Of a stretch of DNA of 45,141 bases, positions 26,534 through 40,110 are shown in pieces. The DNA is from Bigelowiella natans CCMP2755 (Eukaryota; Protista; Cercozoa), in NCBI GenBank assembly GCA_000320545.1, contig ADNK01001888.1, positions 1 through 45,141 of the forward strand. Direction: 5' to 3'. The notes under the pieces were generated by a model that had not been told where the DNA came from, ran no database searches, and saw only the letters and a list, made by a program, of their open reading frames with translations. Numbering within the stretch: the stretch's first letter is position 1; each line of letters starts with the position of its first letter. A program made the position numbers and the translations under genes.

Positions 26534-28479
26534 CTATTGACGGAAAGCTATCTTCTTTTTGGATGAAAAGTGCCGATTGAAATCTAGAGTGAGGATAAGT
26601 TCATTAAAATTCAGCTGGACGCCATGTGCGACGACTTCTTTCAAGACGACGATGATAAACCCCACGTCTGCATCCACAACGTTTTGCAACTCTGTCATCT
26701 TCGCCACAATCTTTTTGCGGCTGGGAACACGAAGCAGGCGCTGCGATTTGGATTCCCTAAGTAACGACAGAAAGTAGTAATTTATTATGTCTTTGCTGGT
26801 GAACATTGCACACAAACGAGATGCAAGGACGAGCATGACTTTACTCGCACCTGTAGTCCTCACCACCACCGTATTCTTCGTCATCATCCTCGTCGTCTTC
26901 GTTTGCTGGAGAGGATGTAATGAACAGCGAGTAGATCGATTGCAACTGGATGCATACGGCCAGCAAACTCTTCACCTATTTTAGCGGCGTGTATATGGAG
27001 GGACACAGAGAGAAAGAGAACGGGAGAAAAAGGGGCGGGAGGGGGGGAATGAAAATGGGAGAATAGCCAAGTTACTGATGAATACTGCTGTCAATGCATT
27101 TTATCTATCAGTCGTTGGATGATGCCCCAACTACTACTAGTACTACTAGTACTACTGCTACTACTACGCGGCTATTGATGTTGTTGTTTCCACCTTGCGT
27201 AAAGTCGGTCTAGATCGTTTCGTGAGCAGCATCATGCTCTTCATCTCAGCGAGGTAGCGATTGTGTGCTTCCATGAGAGAGGGCAGCTCACAAGTCTCCT
27301 GCAGAGAACCACGAAGCATCTGCTGAAACCACGGCCATACGCCCCTTACTGCTCTACCGCTCATGTACGACTGAATGCTGCCAACAATGTGGCTCATCTT
27401 AGCCCGAAGTGCGTAGAAGCTACGGAAGAATACCACCTCTGCCTGTTTTTTCCTGCGCCCACCGCTGATGGCCCTGCTGATGCTGCCAACTCTCTGTTCT
27501 CGGTGATAAGAAGAGGGTGGCCTCTTCACAGCCGCAGTAGCAACCATGGAGACGCGTGCAAGAGACCAGTTGGCGAAGTGGGTGCTCAGTAACAGACGAA
27601 ATACCTCTGCGTACATAGCAATGGCAGAGTCGCTGATCACAAGCGACAGCGGCCATGGGACATCGCATCGGAACGTCAGTCCGGATATCCATTCGAGAGC
27701 CTCGCAGCTGCCAGCCACGCGCTTTGACGGTCGGGCAATTGTAGGTTTGACTTGAATACGTCCATATAGCATGGCCTCGCAGGTCGGATCTACTTGCAAA
27801 CTGTCGGTTAGAACATCCTGCAGCACCCTCTCGTGAGGCCATCTTTTGTCTTTAAGGTACGGAAATAAGCTTTCTTGGAATCGATACGCCGTCTCCCCGC
27901 TCCCCATGAGAAAGAACTGGCGAAGAGCGATGAGAAACTTATTCAGCGAGAGAGAAGGGAGGGGCCTTGCCTTCGTCGCCATCCTGCTTCTGCTGCCCCC
28001 CCCGTTTAGCCTCTCCGCAAGGAGTTTTCCTACCGTACGATGGCGCTCTAGCACCAACTTTGTCAACAACTGGGATATCTCGTTCTCGATTGAGAAGAAT
28101 AGTGGAGGGGGGGGAGGAAGAAGCGGGACCATTGCACTATCTTCTTTCTGTTCCTTCATCGTTTTTTTGGGCGTTTGTAATGTTGCTTTTCCATGCTTCT
28201 TGTCAATGCCAGCGTCCTCTTCGTCACGACCATTGTAATCATCCTCATTATGATCGTCGTCATCATCATCACAGTAATAATCACAATCTCCGTTTGGACT
28301 CGCCGGAGTTGTAGTCGTTGCACCCCCCCTCGTTTTCCAAGGAGGAGTCCTTTGTCTCCTACGGTGCGATGGTCGTCTATTCATGCTGCTTTCGTCAAGT
28401 GCTCTCCTTCTCATCATCATTCTCCTCATCCTTCCTGTTACTGACTTTGCTACCTGCTCCAATTCGGAAACAAATATAA

Positions 28480-28545
<66 letters not shown>

Positions 28546-29324
28546 CATCATCGTTATCATTATCGTTGCTGTCACAACAACTTTCAGCTGACAATACAAA
28601 CACCAAGAATTTAAATTTTTAATCTTTTTCATCGTCGTGATCATCACGGCCTTTGCAACAAACCACCTACCGGGCCGGTTATGGGAGGGATAATCGCCCC
28701 ATTTGCAGCTGTGAGCGATGATCTAGGGATTAGCGTAGTTGTGCATTCCTTGAGCTGGTGGTAGGAAGAAGAGGCCGACGACGAATAGAAGGCGGTTGAA
28801 GTGATTGTGCGAGATGAGGAATGGTGATGAGATAGAGGAGGAGAAGAAGAAGGAGGACGTCGTATAGTGTCAAGGTAGTAGCCTGGTGATGTAGGAGGTA
28901 ATGAGCTGAAAAACATAGCATGAGATGATGACGATGACGACGACAAAGCCATGGCCTCCTCTGCCTCTGATAAACTTCCTGATTCCCCATCTTCACTTTC
29001 TTTACGGATTTTATTGTTATTTCCAGAGCCAAGAGTGTGCTCGTTGTTGTTATTGTTGTTGTTGTTGTTGTTGTTATCGTCTGCTTTCCCGGGAGAGTAG
29101 CTCGTTGGTGCTAATGAAGAGTGTTGATGATAATGTTCTCTTCCTTTTGCATTCTTTGAAGCTCCCTTTTCTCTTTCAGTGATGACCATCTTCGCAAGGT
29201 GTCTATTTATAAGGCTTGTGATCAAGGCGTTTGCCGTCGAGTCATTTCCTGCTGGAATATCAAGAAGATAATGTTAAACACATCAGATGACCCTGTACAC
29301 CGTCACAACCACCACCACCGCCCC

Positions 29325-29360
<36 letters not shown>

Positions 29361-31158
29361 TACAACTTAGTACCCATGTGCTTTGAGGTGAGGAGGGAAG
29401 GATGGTCCTTGGTCTCCGTGTCGCTGACGCTAGTAGCATCGGTATGATCTTGAAGTTCCTCCTCATCCTCATCTTCATCATAATAATCGTAATCGTCGCC
29501 ATGATAATCGTCAGCATCTTCCCCATTCTCATCATCATTATCATAATGATTGTTGTTGTCGTAGTGATAACAGTCATTTCTCCCCCTCCCCCCCCTTCTG
29601 AGCGTGTGAATCAGCCTCAAGGCGCGTCCAGTGTACAGAAGTTCGGTGGCGCAGTTTTGCAGAAAGCTCGGTGCACGCACGGTCACAGCCCCTACACGTT
29701 GTTGTTGTTGTTGTTGATAAATGTCATTCTTCTTGTGAGGGGAGAGAAGAAGAAGAGGAAGGAGAGGAGGAAGAAGAAGATGATGAAGAAGAAGATGATG
29801 AAGAAGAATACTGAGTAGCGCTACAAATACCATGAACATCATCACTTTTGACATACGACGATTTTGAGACAACATTGATGGCTAGTAAGCAGCATCTGAG
29901 ATTTGAATGACATGATTGGAGTTTCTACGATCATCTACTATAGATATCTCAAACCTCCAAAGCTGAGAGTCTCGCTCCAGAACTTGGTAGAGCGTGATGT
30001 ATTATTGTGATCATGGCTGGTGTTCTTCTGTTTTAGCATAAATTCACCCGCAGGATCCGTAATGTGGCCTGTCCTGAGCGCCTCATCGATCATTTGCAGG
30101 TAGGGTGTGCACGTGTTTCGAAACAAGAAGGCTGCCACGTGGAACAAGGATGCATAAGAAGACAGACCTGATGGGGGGGGGAAGAAGATGATGATGATGA
30201 TGAAGATTTAAGCATGATGGTGATGACCAATCACAAAAAGGAATGGAGAGCAAAGAATATGTTACTCGCATCACGTTCTCCATGCATATCTTCACCCTCG
30301 TGATCATCATCATCATCATCGGTCATCATCATCATTATCATCATCATCATCATCATCATCACTCGCTACGTGCTATTTGTTCCTACCGTTGGAGTCCATC
30401 TCGCGGCAGAGAACGCTTAGAAGATGTGCAACCAAAGCAGCATTGCTTTTATCATCGCCTTCTTCTTTCTTGTTATCCCTGTAGCCCTCATCAGCAGCCT
30501 CCCCGTAATCATTGTTATCACCATGGGTGCTGCCTTTGTCGTCGTTACTCGCACAGCTGTAGTGCCCGAAGGAGAACATCCAATAGACGGAAAGAACTCA
30601 GGGACAACAATCTGGATGATGTGTGCAATCATGTTGATGCTTGGGGCGGAGCCTGAGAGCCATTCGATAAGCCTTGCTAAAGTTGGTGGTGGTGGGAAAT
30701 GATGATTTCTCTGATCCCCCCCCCACCCCTCTCTTCTGGCCTCGTCCACTAGTGCTTGGTCCATCGTAAAGACTAGATTCTTCACGGAGGTAGCAAACGC
30801 CTTTTGATCAATAGAAGAAGAAGAAGATGATGATGATGATGATGGTGAGAGGCGTTCTCGGCTCAGTAAAATACACTAGTGAATGAGGAGAGGCAGAGAT
30901 GATAAGAGAGCGGATGATGGATGGAAAATAAGTATTACGACAAAGAAGGGAAGATATTTGCTACCTGCATACAACGTGACGGGTGATGGTCATAACGTCG
31001 AGCGAATATCCTAAGCGCCTGTCTCTGATTTGCAGCGGAGAGAATCTCATCGATCAAGCTGTGAAGTACCCCGAATGATAGGTGCTGCACGCATACTGAT
31101 CGGTGCTTTGGAGAGAGCGCAAAAAGGTTGTGATTACTGTTCGTATTTGTGATAAAGA

Positions 31159-31192
<34 letters not shown>

Positions 31193-31651
31193 ATGTTCCA
31201 ACTTCATCGTTGCATCAGTCCTCGTATTCTTCTCCTCCTCTTCCTTTCTACTTGTTTGCTTCTTCCTGAAAATAAACGTCTCCGAGGGGAATCCTTCAAG
31301 CATTGCCACCATGTGATTCAGAAGGAGAGACTCACTCATAACGTGCTGCTGCTGCTGCTGCTTGTAGTGGTAGTAGTGATGATCATCATGATCATGATGA
31401 TGATGTGTACGTTTGCCCTTCAATATCCTTTGGCGTTGGCTACTGAGGAGACGTTCCTGCAGGTCATGCCAGGGAAGACTTGTGGCAAGAGGCAGCATAT
31501 TATGATGAGCCTCTGTCAACCATTTTGGCGGAGCATTCAAGTCGAATGATGATGATGATGATGATGATGATGATGTAGCAGTAGCGTGATCAGATAGCAG
31601 GTTATCATGAGCTGCTGCCGTCTCTCCCCTTCTTCCCCCTTCTTCTCCACG

Positions 31652-31686
<35 letters not shown>

Positions 31687-32359
31687 GATCATGATGATGA
31701 TGATATATCCCCCCGCGTTTATCACGTTTACCCTCACCCCTATCTATCGTGGATGTTGCTATTTCTCGCTCTAGTTCTACTGAGTCAGCATTGCCTGACA
31801 TATGATCTCCTCCTCTTCTACTTCCTGGAATGGTATCGTTGGCCTGATCATGTTCCACTACCTCCTCTCCCCCCCCCTTCTCCTCCTTATCCTTCTCTTC
31901 TCCTCCCTCCTCCATATCATCGTCGTCATCTTCGCTGCATTTCATGAAATCAGCTTCCCATTCGGCAAGATCTCGTAGGATCATCTGTTTTTCTATCTCA
32001 TCCTTTTTATTGAAGCTCTCCAACTTTTTCTCGTTGCGTTTTTTCGAGCGCCGACGAAGATCCAGTCGTTCCTGCAGCTCTGGCCAGGTGACAAGTTGTG
32101 TCTGAGGTTTGTGGAGCAATAGCTTGTATTGCTCGCTGATGGCTTCCACGGTTACTGTCGGAAGTTGCAATGTCTGATCGAGAGATTTGGCGGAGTCGTA
32201 GTTGAGAACGCCTTGTTTGAGGGGGTTCTGAGCAAGCATGTATATCATCTCCACTATCCCATAAAGCTCATCCTGCAGACGACGGTCTCCGTGGCTTTTG
32301 CTAGCCGCCTACGGTTTTAATGTATACATTAATTAGCACACATACACACACACACACAC

Positions 32360-32396
<37 letters not shown>

Positions 32397-32913
32397 ATAT
32401 TTATATGGACATACACCACTCTCACCACAGATTCGAAGGCTGCAAATAAACTCCTCAAAGTCTCAGCCCTCCTTGTCTCTGAACGAAGCTTGTAGCGTTC
32501 GACCAGCGCGGAAACATTGGCCTTTGTCCGCTTTATAGCTGGATCTCGGTAACGGTTATTGTGGGGCGCGAGGTTCACTCTGCAGAATTCCTAAGTAGTG
32601 AGCTGTGGTGAGTAATGAATGAAGTAGGAATGATGTAGTTGGCGGATGGAAGGGAAGGAAACACACAATGATGATGGCCGTAGTACCCCACATCACTGCT
32701 TCTTATTTGCTCTTACCAATAATATTACCTGCGCGATAGCGAAGTTCTCGTCCTCTCTGGAAATCCTGGGAACAACGTGCACGAGGTCAGGTGGTGGTGG
32801 TGGTGATGATGATGATGATAAAAAGCAAAACGATCAAAACGAGAATGCGTGTGGCATCTACGTGAACAGTACGTTGCTCTATTGCTCTATCGTCGGATAG
32901 TGTTGGTTTCCTT

Positions 32914-32948
<35 letters not shown>

Positions 32949-33067
32949 GCTACTACTGCTACTACTGCAGCAGCTGCTGCTGCTACTCACCCGTGGCCTA
33001 ACACCAGCCTGTCGATCAGCTGGTGCCTCCTCTCTTCCAGCGACCGTGAATACCGCGATTTACTCAT
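26534..33067 (-). CDS. TUBGCP5: Gamma-tubulin complex component, GCP5-like (Spc97/Spc98 family), many exons with low-complexity inserts
   Basis: GRIP motifs MSESLLLNHMVAMLEG, PYLQMI...G.ITDPAGEF, APSFLQNCATELLYTGRAL, ALRQFFLMGSG, VPWPLSLVI, YAEVFRLLL, AHNRYL and LILTLDFN.HF. The N-terminal helix pattern resembles GCP5. Start and subfamily are less certain than the family. Confidence 0.8.
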
Positions 33068-33469
33068 CGATCGCTATTCAGCGGCTTGCTTCTTCAAATA
33101 AGGTTGGAAGTCTTGATGACCATTTCCTGTTGTTTTCTCTTCAGCATCCCCTGTCTGAGCAGTTCTGTAGCCGACAAGCACAGCAGCAAAACACCTTTTA
33201 GTTGTTGTTGTTGTGCCCCACCACCTGTTTTATTCGGATGTGACGAGGTGTTTGCTATTTGGCGCCATTTCGAGCATTCTTGTCGTACCTCCAAAATGAC
33301 ATTGTTTTACATGAAAAATAACCCAATATTGAGATTAAATAGGAATTTGAGGATGTGTCAAGGATGTATTCATGTCGTAGGATCAATATCCCATCACTGA
33401 CCGACTTCCCCCTTACCTCATCGGCAGGAGCAGCAGCAAGCAGTAGAAGAAGGGGGGCACCAATATAGA

Positions 33470-33596
33470 ATGACGACCTTGCGAAGTAGCAGCTTTCGAG
33501 AGAGCTCTTCGCTCCTATTTGGGATGGTGAGCCTTGTCCTTGTTGTCAACGTTGAGGCATCTGTCCAAGCAACAGCAAATCCTTACATGGTGCGGT

Positions 33597-33644
<48 letters not shown>

Positions 33645-35052
33645 CCCCGCCCCTTCTCTCTCCTGTTTCATTTTCCTGTAGCAGTAGAATTTATTATTCG
33701 ATGTTTTGAATATTTAACCCTGTTTCTTCTAACGCTATAATGATCGCTGCGGGATATCTACGTCGTACTGACCGACCTTCGATTTCCTATGTTTATTCAG
33801 GAAGACACATGTCCAGCAGATTCATGCAGATGCCCCGCTCTATCGGTAGACCCTCTAATATAAAGCAAATGATATAGTTATAACTTGAATTGACGTTTAG
33901 TTGAATCCCTTGGCGGCGATGACTGATGCTGCTCTTCCAACGCAACCTGACACGTTTATGAAACTTGTGCGAAAGGTATAATTAAAAGCACTCGGCCATG
34001 AACCCTTCCTTACCATTGACAGAGTGTTTTGATTATGCGTAGAAACACATGGGGTTCGAGCTTCCAATTTACCACTTCAAACAGCCTGAACGTATATCTC
34101 ACCTGCAGTTGCCGTTCAAAGTGCTTCCCATGTACTCTATTGACGAAACGGTGAGGAGAACAACAATCTATTTCTCGGTTCTATTCAAATCGTCACTCTG
34201 AATCGTGCAAAATTGTTGTTACCAAGGGTATAGTCGATATCCCAGCCCCTGAGGGAACTGGACTCGATTCATGGTTAGGATCTTAAAACCTTGAGACGAA
34301 AGAGACGTCCTGAATGTTAGTTTTGTGTCTGCCTGATGCTCAGGTTTCCTGGGTATCAATGGTCAATACTGGTGTGCAGAATTTGCGAGGTAATCCATCT
34401 ATTCACAGCATAAAATGATCTCATGAAACCATGAGAGTTCCAACTGCACCGACGGTTCACCACGCATAGCCGATATCAATGTCATTGAAGAAAACTACTC
34501 ATCAGTTATCATTCAATTTCGGTTTGATGTGTTGAACCTCCATTTACCATCACGTTGTAATAATTTCTAGCAAAGCTTGCATGTCGGATGGCGCTACACT
34601 CCAACTTCACCCAATGGAGATAAAAAAGAGTAGAACACCCACTTGAAATCCTATTCTCCCATTATCATGACTGACATCCTACTGGTATTCTCGATGTCCC
34701 CTTCGTAGGTTTTTCGCCTTGATTGTGCAGTATGGTGAAGAGAATAAGCAAGTAATCACACTAGAAGAATATAGGATCTACATCTGTTGTGACTTGGAAC
34801 TTCTTCTTAGAAATCATCTGGAAACGCTGAGATTGAGACTGAAGAAGCCCTCACGATTGGAATCCCTGCACCTAGGTAACATTGTATTGATACACCCATT
34901 GCGATTCATGTCACGTAATACATTCAATGTTTATTATACATTATCGGATTGCATAGTATGCATCATTTGTGGACTTAATTTTGTATTATTTTCTCAGTTG
35001 GATGGCAGCAGCTGCAATGGTGATGTCAGAATCGAAAAGTACGGCATTATGA
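33470..35052 (+). CDS. Signal-peptide-bearing cereblon CULT (thalidomide-binding)-domain-like protein, multi-exon
   Basis: Spliced DSW-FPGYQWSILVCRICE...LHVGWRY...VFALI matches the CULT signature (SWFPGY.W....C..C..H.GW.F). Exon 1 encodes a hydrophobic leader, LLFGMVSLVLVVNVEA. Confidence 0.7.
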
Positions 35053-35765
35053 ACATTCATTGATGGACTGAGATTACGAGTTAAGATATAATGAAATACT
35101 CGCGGAAAGAGGGCTTTCCGGAGAGAAATTCCTCATCATGTTGCTATAAATACGAATAATCAAAACTAGAAAATCTGCATTCTGCTAATTTTCATCATTG
35201 GTATTTTCACATAGCTTGCGCACCTTCATTATGTTTACGCTGACACCGCTCCATCCAATACCTGCATATGCGTGCCATGCTAGCATGTACACATGCGATG
35301 GTCTTTACAGCACTAGAGTAGGTGGCGATATAGCATAGCGACAAGCATGCATCGCATGTAATCTAGCGATATTTGTAGACATGTTTGTGTACATGGAAAC
35401 GCACTGCTAGACTGCATTGTTACATGGCAGGCTAGCAGGCTGTCTAGCCGTGCATGATCTGGTGATAACACAACAGCCTTCACAATGCTAGAATCATGGA
35501 ACGATGGCGCGCCCTCATCGCTGCTCTGCTAGCATGCACTGCCTGACGGGAACTGCAATCATGACCAGCTGCAATGTGACGCAGTCAACGTGCAGCTTGA
35601 GCACACGCACAGCTGCAGCTACGCACATCAAATGTGCAATGAAGGGCTGTGAGGATGATGGACGTGCACAGAAATTCCATGCAAATGGACACAGGGCATT
35701 CTAAACATGCTCTGGTGCTCCTGTGCTGCACGTGTGTGGTGTCCACAAGTGGGCGAATTGCATGT

Positions 35766-36174
35766 TCTAGGAGAGCCAAAAAAGGCCGAAAATTCTGACA
35801 ATTTCGATGCGATCTAGTGCGGCCACGCACGATCAAAAAGTGAGCCTGAAAACACCACGCTTGAGCACATGACCATCCTGATGGACAGCCGGGAGCACCA
35901 GCTAGCCAGGCATGACGAAAATGAGAAAGTTGCGAAGACTTTGAGTTTGTTGACTTCGGAATTTTGCATTTTTTTTATCAGGCCTCGAATTTTGTCACAA
36001 ATTGACCTCCAGCACATTCAAAAATTGAGTTGTTTTTCTCGAACCAATGACTGGCTAAACCCAAAACGTGTTCACTTTTTTTGCACACAGATAAATCATG
36101 CAGTGCCGTTGCATTGCTTCAGTTAATTCTTGCAGGAAACATGCGAAACCGTGAAATTCCCGGGTTTCGCCTAG
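35766..36174 (+). mobile_element. Putative non-autonomous Helitron-like element (3' hairpin + CTAG|T); 5' end undefined
   Basis: GCGAAACCGTGAAATTCCCGGGTTTCGC-CTAG-T at 36143-36175, non-coding, in a repeat-like spacer. Confidence 0.4.
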
Positions 36175-36885
36175 TCGTCACATTCTAGCATTGCTAGATT
36201 GTGTCTGCACACAGCTAGACAGCCACATCACTAGATCAGGATGACCATTGGAAAATTCAAAACATTTCATCACCTCCGTCTCACACACAGTGTTACGTGG
36301 TGTGTCCGGCCATCATGAGGGCGCAGTCTGCGTCAGGTTTAGCATCTAGCTAGCTAGGCATGGCTAGATGGACTGCACGATGTGTAGATGCGTGACACAG
36401 CACGCGCACGAAGACTGCATGCACATAGCTGCGCATGGTTTTATAGCAGCTTATTGTCTGCATGTGTACTCACATGACGACAGTGATGCTATCTAGTGTG
36501 AGCCATTTATTGTTATAATACATACCTAGATACAGGTAAGCCCCACTGCTCACACCACATCGTCATCGCAGACGATACACATGTATGACACCAACGAGCG
36601 GCGAGATCGACAATATTCTATTTTAGCGGGTTTTATGTATTAATTTAGAAAATATTCATGCAAAAGACTTCAGACTTAATGCTGATATATATATATATAC
36701 ATACATACATACATACATAATGTTGGTACATATATGTATACTATGGATGTATTTCAAAAACTGGCGACAATAAACTGCCTAGATATACTCAATTTTGTCG
36801 CCTTTGGTCAATCTTCAGAAAACAGCAACACCCTCAAACTAGGATACAATATGATTCAGTAACCAGGTGATGGAATGTGCGGTAA

Positions 36886-38959
36886 TTATTGCTCCGATGC
36901 AGCCAGTTTTGCTGCCTTAGCTTTATCTTTATCGATCTTGGTCTTGAAGGATCCTCCCAAGTACCCCACGAAGAAAAGACTTCCAATTTGGTGGAACAAC
37001 TCGAATGGCTTATTGAACCTGAAATAAATTTATTTATGCAACATTCAGATTACGCTCATGCCAACTCTCAGATCACAAATCTTCTTTCAACCACCGCCAC
37101 TCGTATGATATCTTAATAAGTTCTTTTAGAGTGACCTGATGATAGATGCAAAGACGACAACAAGGCGGCGTAGAGCTTTGGTCGTTTCGGAGGTAACGGC
37201 ACCGAACTTCTTGATAATTCGAAGGTTGATAGACAACCCCACGTAGCTTGCAGAGCAGGCGAGGAGAGACTTATAGATCACATCTGAAATTCGACATCAT
37301 CACAACCATGAACGACCGAAGATTCATTCGCGATCTGCAACTAATGTGTTCAAGGACGTGGCATTCTGACACGTCCGTAGAGTTTGTATGTGAACGTATA
37401 GATAAAATATAAGAGTACAGCATACGTATCGTGCACCTGGTCTAGCTGCAAGGAATGCAAAGTTGCTGCCGATACTGCCTTGAACGAGCATGGTACCAAG
37501 AACATAGATGGTGCTAAAGATGGAAGTGATAAGCATCACTTCGTTACTGCTAGCATTCTTCTCCTTGAACAATTTTTTCTCTTCGAAATTAGAAGTGAAT
37601 GCATCGGCGATCACACCAAGAGACAGTAAGCCAATTCCCCTGAGTAATTACGTGTTCACGTCAATATTGGAATAAAGTTTTATGTATAACATCCCATCAA
37701 TGTGAACAGTGGGTATATACTCAAATATTGTTACAACCTCATGTCAAATTGGGTTGCTCCGGTCAAGCCGGTTGCATCTCCGTATGAAAACATTACGATC
37801 GAAGCAACAAGCAGGAGTACGTTGAAGTAGTCGCTAGGGGTATACCTATAATTTCAATGAAAAATTTTCAATACTTCCCGCAACCATCATGATGAAAAGT
37901 TTAGGCTGAATAAGATAAATGGCTGACTTTCTTCCGACATAAAGAGCGCTGATGACCATAACGGGAATGATTTTAGCTGCCTTGAAAAGGACACGAATGG
38001 TGTAGCTGACATAGTTGAGCGCAAGGTATGTCATTTGATTTCCAACGGTAGTGAGGGTTGCCAGTTGTGCGTAGTCCCAGACACTTCCTTTCACTCCCTA
38101 CAGTTATTGAGCAACGTCAACTACTACTGTATTTTGAGCTTCATACGTGACGAATAAAATGCAAACAAAAATGGAATGGTGGAAACGATCTTCCGACCTT
38201 TATCCTGTAAACCAAACGCTCGATCCCGGCGCATACAGCGTACATAGACCACATAAGAAAGTTCCATAAGGTGGCATTACTGATCAAATTCAAACAAATA
38301 CAGTGAGTCTTTTTATGTTACATTTGTCGAATTTGACGAATGGGGGAGGGCAATTACATTTTTCCAGTTCCAGTGAACATAGCTTCGATGAGAAGGTTGT
38401 TCAGGGTTGTCAAGAAAATTGCCATCTGACCAGGGAGGGAAATAAACACTCACAATTTGAATTCTACGATAACAGTGTTGGTAGATCAACGCAAAGGTGT
38501 GCTGACTTTCTAGTATTAGCGAAGTCTATATTGCTCACAACTCACCGCAGAGAGAACAACGAGCTCGACAGTGGGATTGTTATTGAATAGATCCATGAAT
38601 TTGTTTTTCCCGCCACCAGATGGAGCCATTCCTGCTGATTCAGCAACATAGGTTTCCACTGGCCTCAACGACTTGCTGATGTCCATAGTGGCCACACCGC
38701 TGCCCCTCTTCTTGCCAAATGCAGACCTCTGTTCTGACATGAAGGATGGAGTACTACGTGCCTGGAAGGTAGTCTGAGGCATGTGCATTGCCTTGGGTTG
38801 AGGTGCTTTTGCTCTGATTCCACTGGCCCTGGTCTGCTGCCACTGTGGAACAGAGGTTCTGAGTCGCGTCAGCTGAGCCTTAGTCCGGGCTAGGCTGGGT
38901 CCCATACCGGGACCAGCCTGTAGAAGAACGAGAGGGAGGAGCAGCCATTGGAGAATCAT
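36886..38959 (-). CDS. SLC35B/UAA-family nucleotide-sugar or PAPS transporter with bipartite N-terminal leader, multi-exon
   Basis: ALNYVSYTIRVLFKAAKIIPVM, GVIADAFTSNFEEK, IIKKFGAVTSETTKALRRL and FNKPF. Leader MILQWLLLPLVLLQAG is followed by about 60 residues rich in Arg/Ser/Thr and poor in acidic residues. Confidence 0.85.
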
Positions 38960-40110
38960 CTTCACAAATAAACTGTAACTTGGGAGATGGCAGGGCGGGA
39001 ACCGTGAGGTATGGGTGGGTGGGGTACGGCAGGTGTGGTTGGTGGTTCGAATTCAGATTGCTGGTTTGTTCGACGAAAATATTCAAGCATAAAATATATT
39101 GGAAATCTAAAGTGCGACTTCAAAATATTCATTATTTATTAGTAAATAATAAATATGCCGTTGTGCCCAGTGACAATGCTAGATTTGGAATGTTTTCCCG
39201 GTGTATCCGTAGCAAATATTTTCGGGAATTTAGAAATGTCCTGCATTTCTGTGCTTAACTTCACCAATCTTCTTGTTGAAACGTGTCGTATTTTCGATCT
39301 CATTTTTTCAAGTTAAGACTTTCAGATTTACTACTCTTCCGATGATCTTAGAACGAAAGGAAATATGCTTTATTAAGTATGTACGACTTATAGAGAGGAC
39401 ATATTATAACGTATTATGAATCATATCTGAAATCTTCATTTTGTTTGAGGTTACAAAGTAGTTTGAAAAATAGAGATTCCGTTTTTGTGTCGATGCCCTG
39501 CATAAGAGTGCTGAGAACCACATTTGAAGCATGGAATGCAGAAGAGTAGACCAGTCAACATGGGCCCTTTTTTGAGGGCGCTCGGGCCTTTGTGGACACT
39601 GTGCAGATCATTAAGATTATAATGTGTTATTTGTCAATATCTCTGGAGAGAATATCTACGATAAAACACTATACATTATTGTCGCTATATACATTATACA
39701 TGCTATTGTGAAACAAAGAAGGTATAACTAGTCATCAGGATTCTTATAGAAAAGTCTTGGCTATTATTCTTTTATTGGGTTACATCAAGTGAAATAGAGG
39801 CAATTCCTCGGAATTCTAGATCATTATTTTCGGTCTCAGAGACTTCTTCAGAGTTGGTAGGTAGGAAATTCGCCGAAAATCCAAGAGATTAGAACGCGAT
39901 TTTTCCAAAAAACCACACATTTAAAATCGGTTTTCCGCTTTTTTATTTTACCTTGTATCATACTAAAAAATAATTAGACGGGAGCTGCGTGTCGCTACTT
40001 CTCGCTTCTATCGTGTGTGCTTTGAGGCAAATCGGATATCACGTCGCACTCCAGCAGAGCCAGAGCCTAGAATCTGGATCCAGGCAAGTTTCTGCTGACA
40101 CTTGCCCTCG

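Noticed and set aside
27263-32900. Numerous plus-strand ORFs with poly-I/H/L/A tracts
   Set aside because: Antisense shadows of GCP5 exons and microsatellites with no family motifs.
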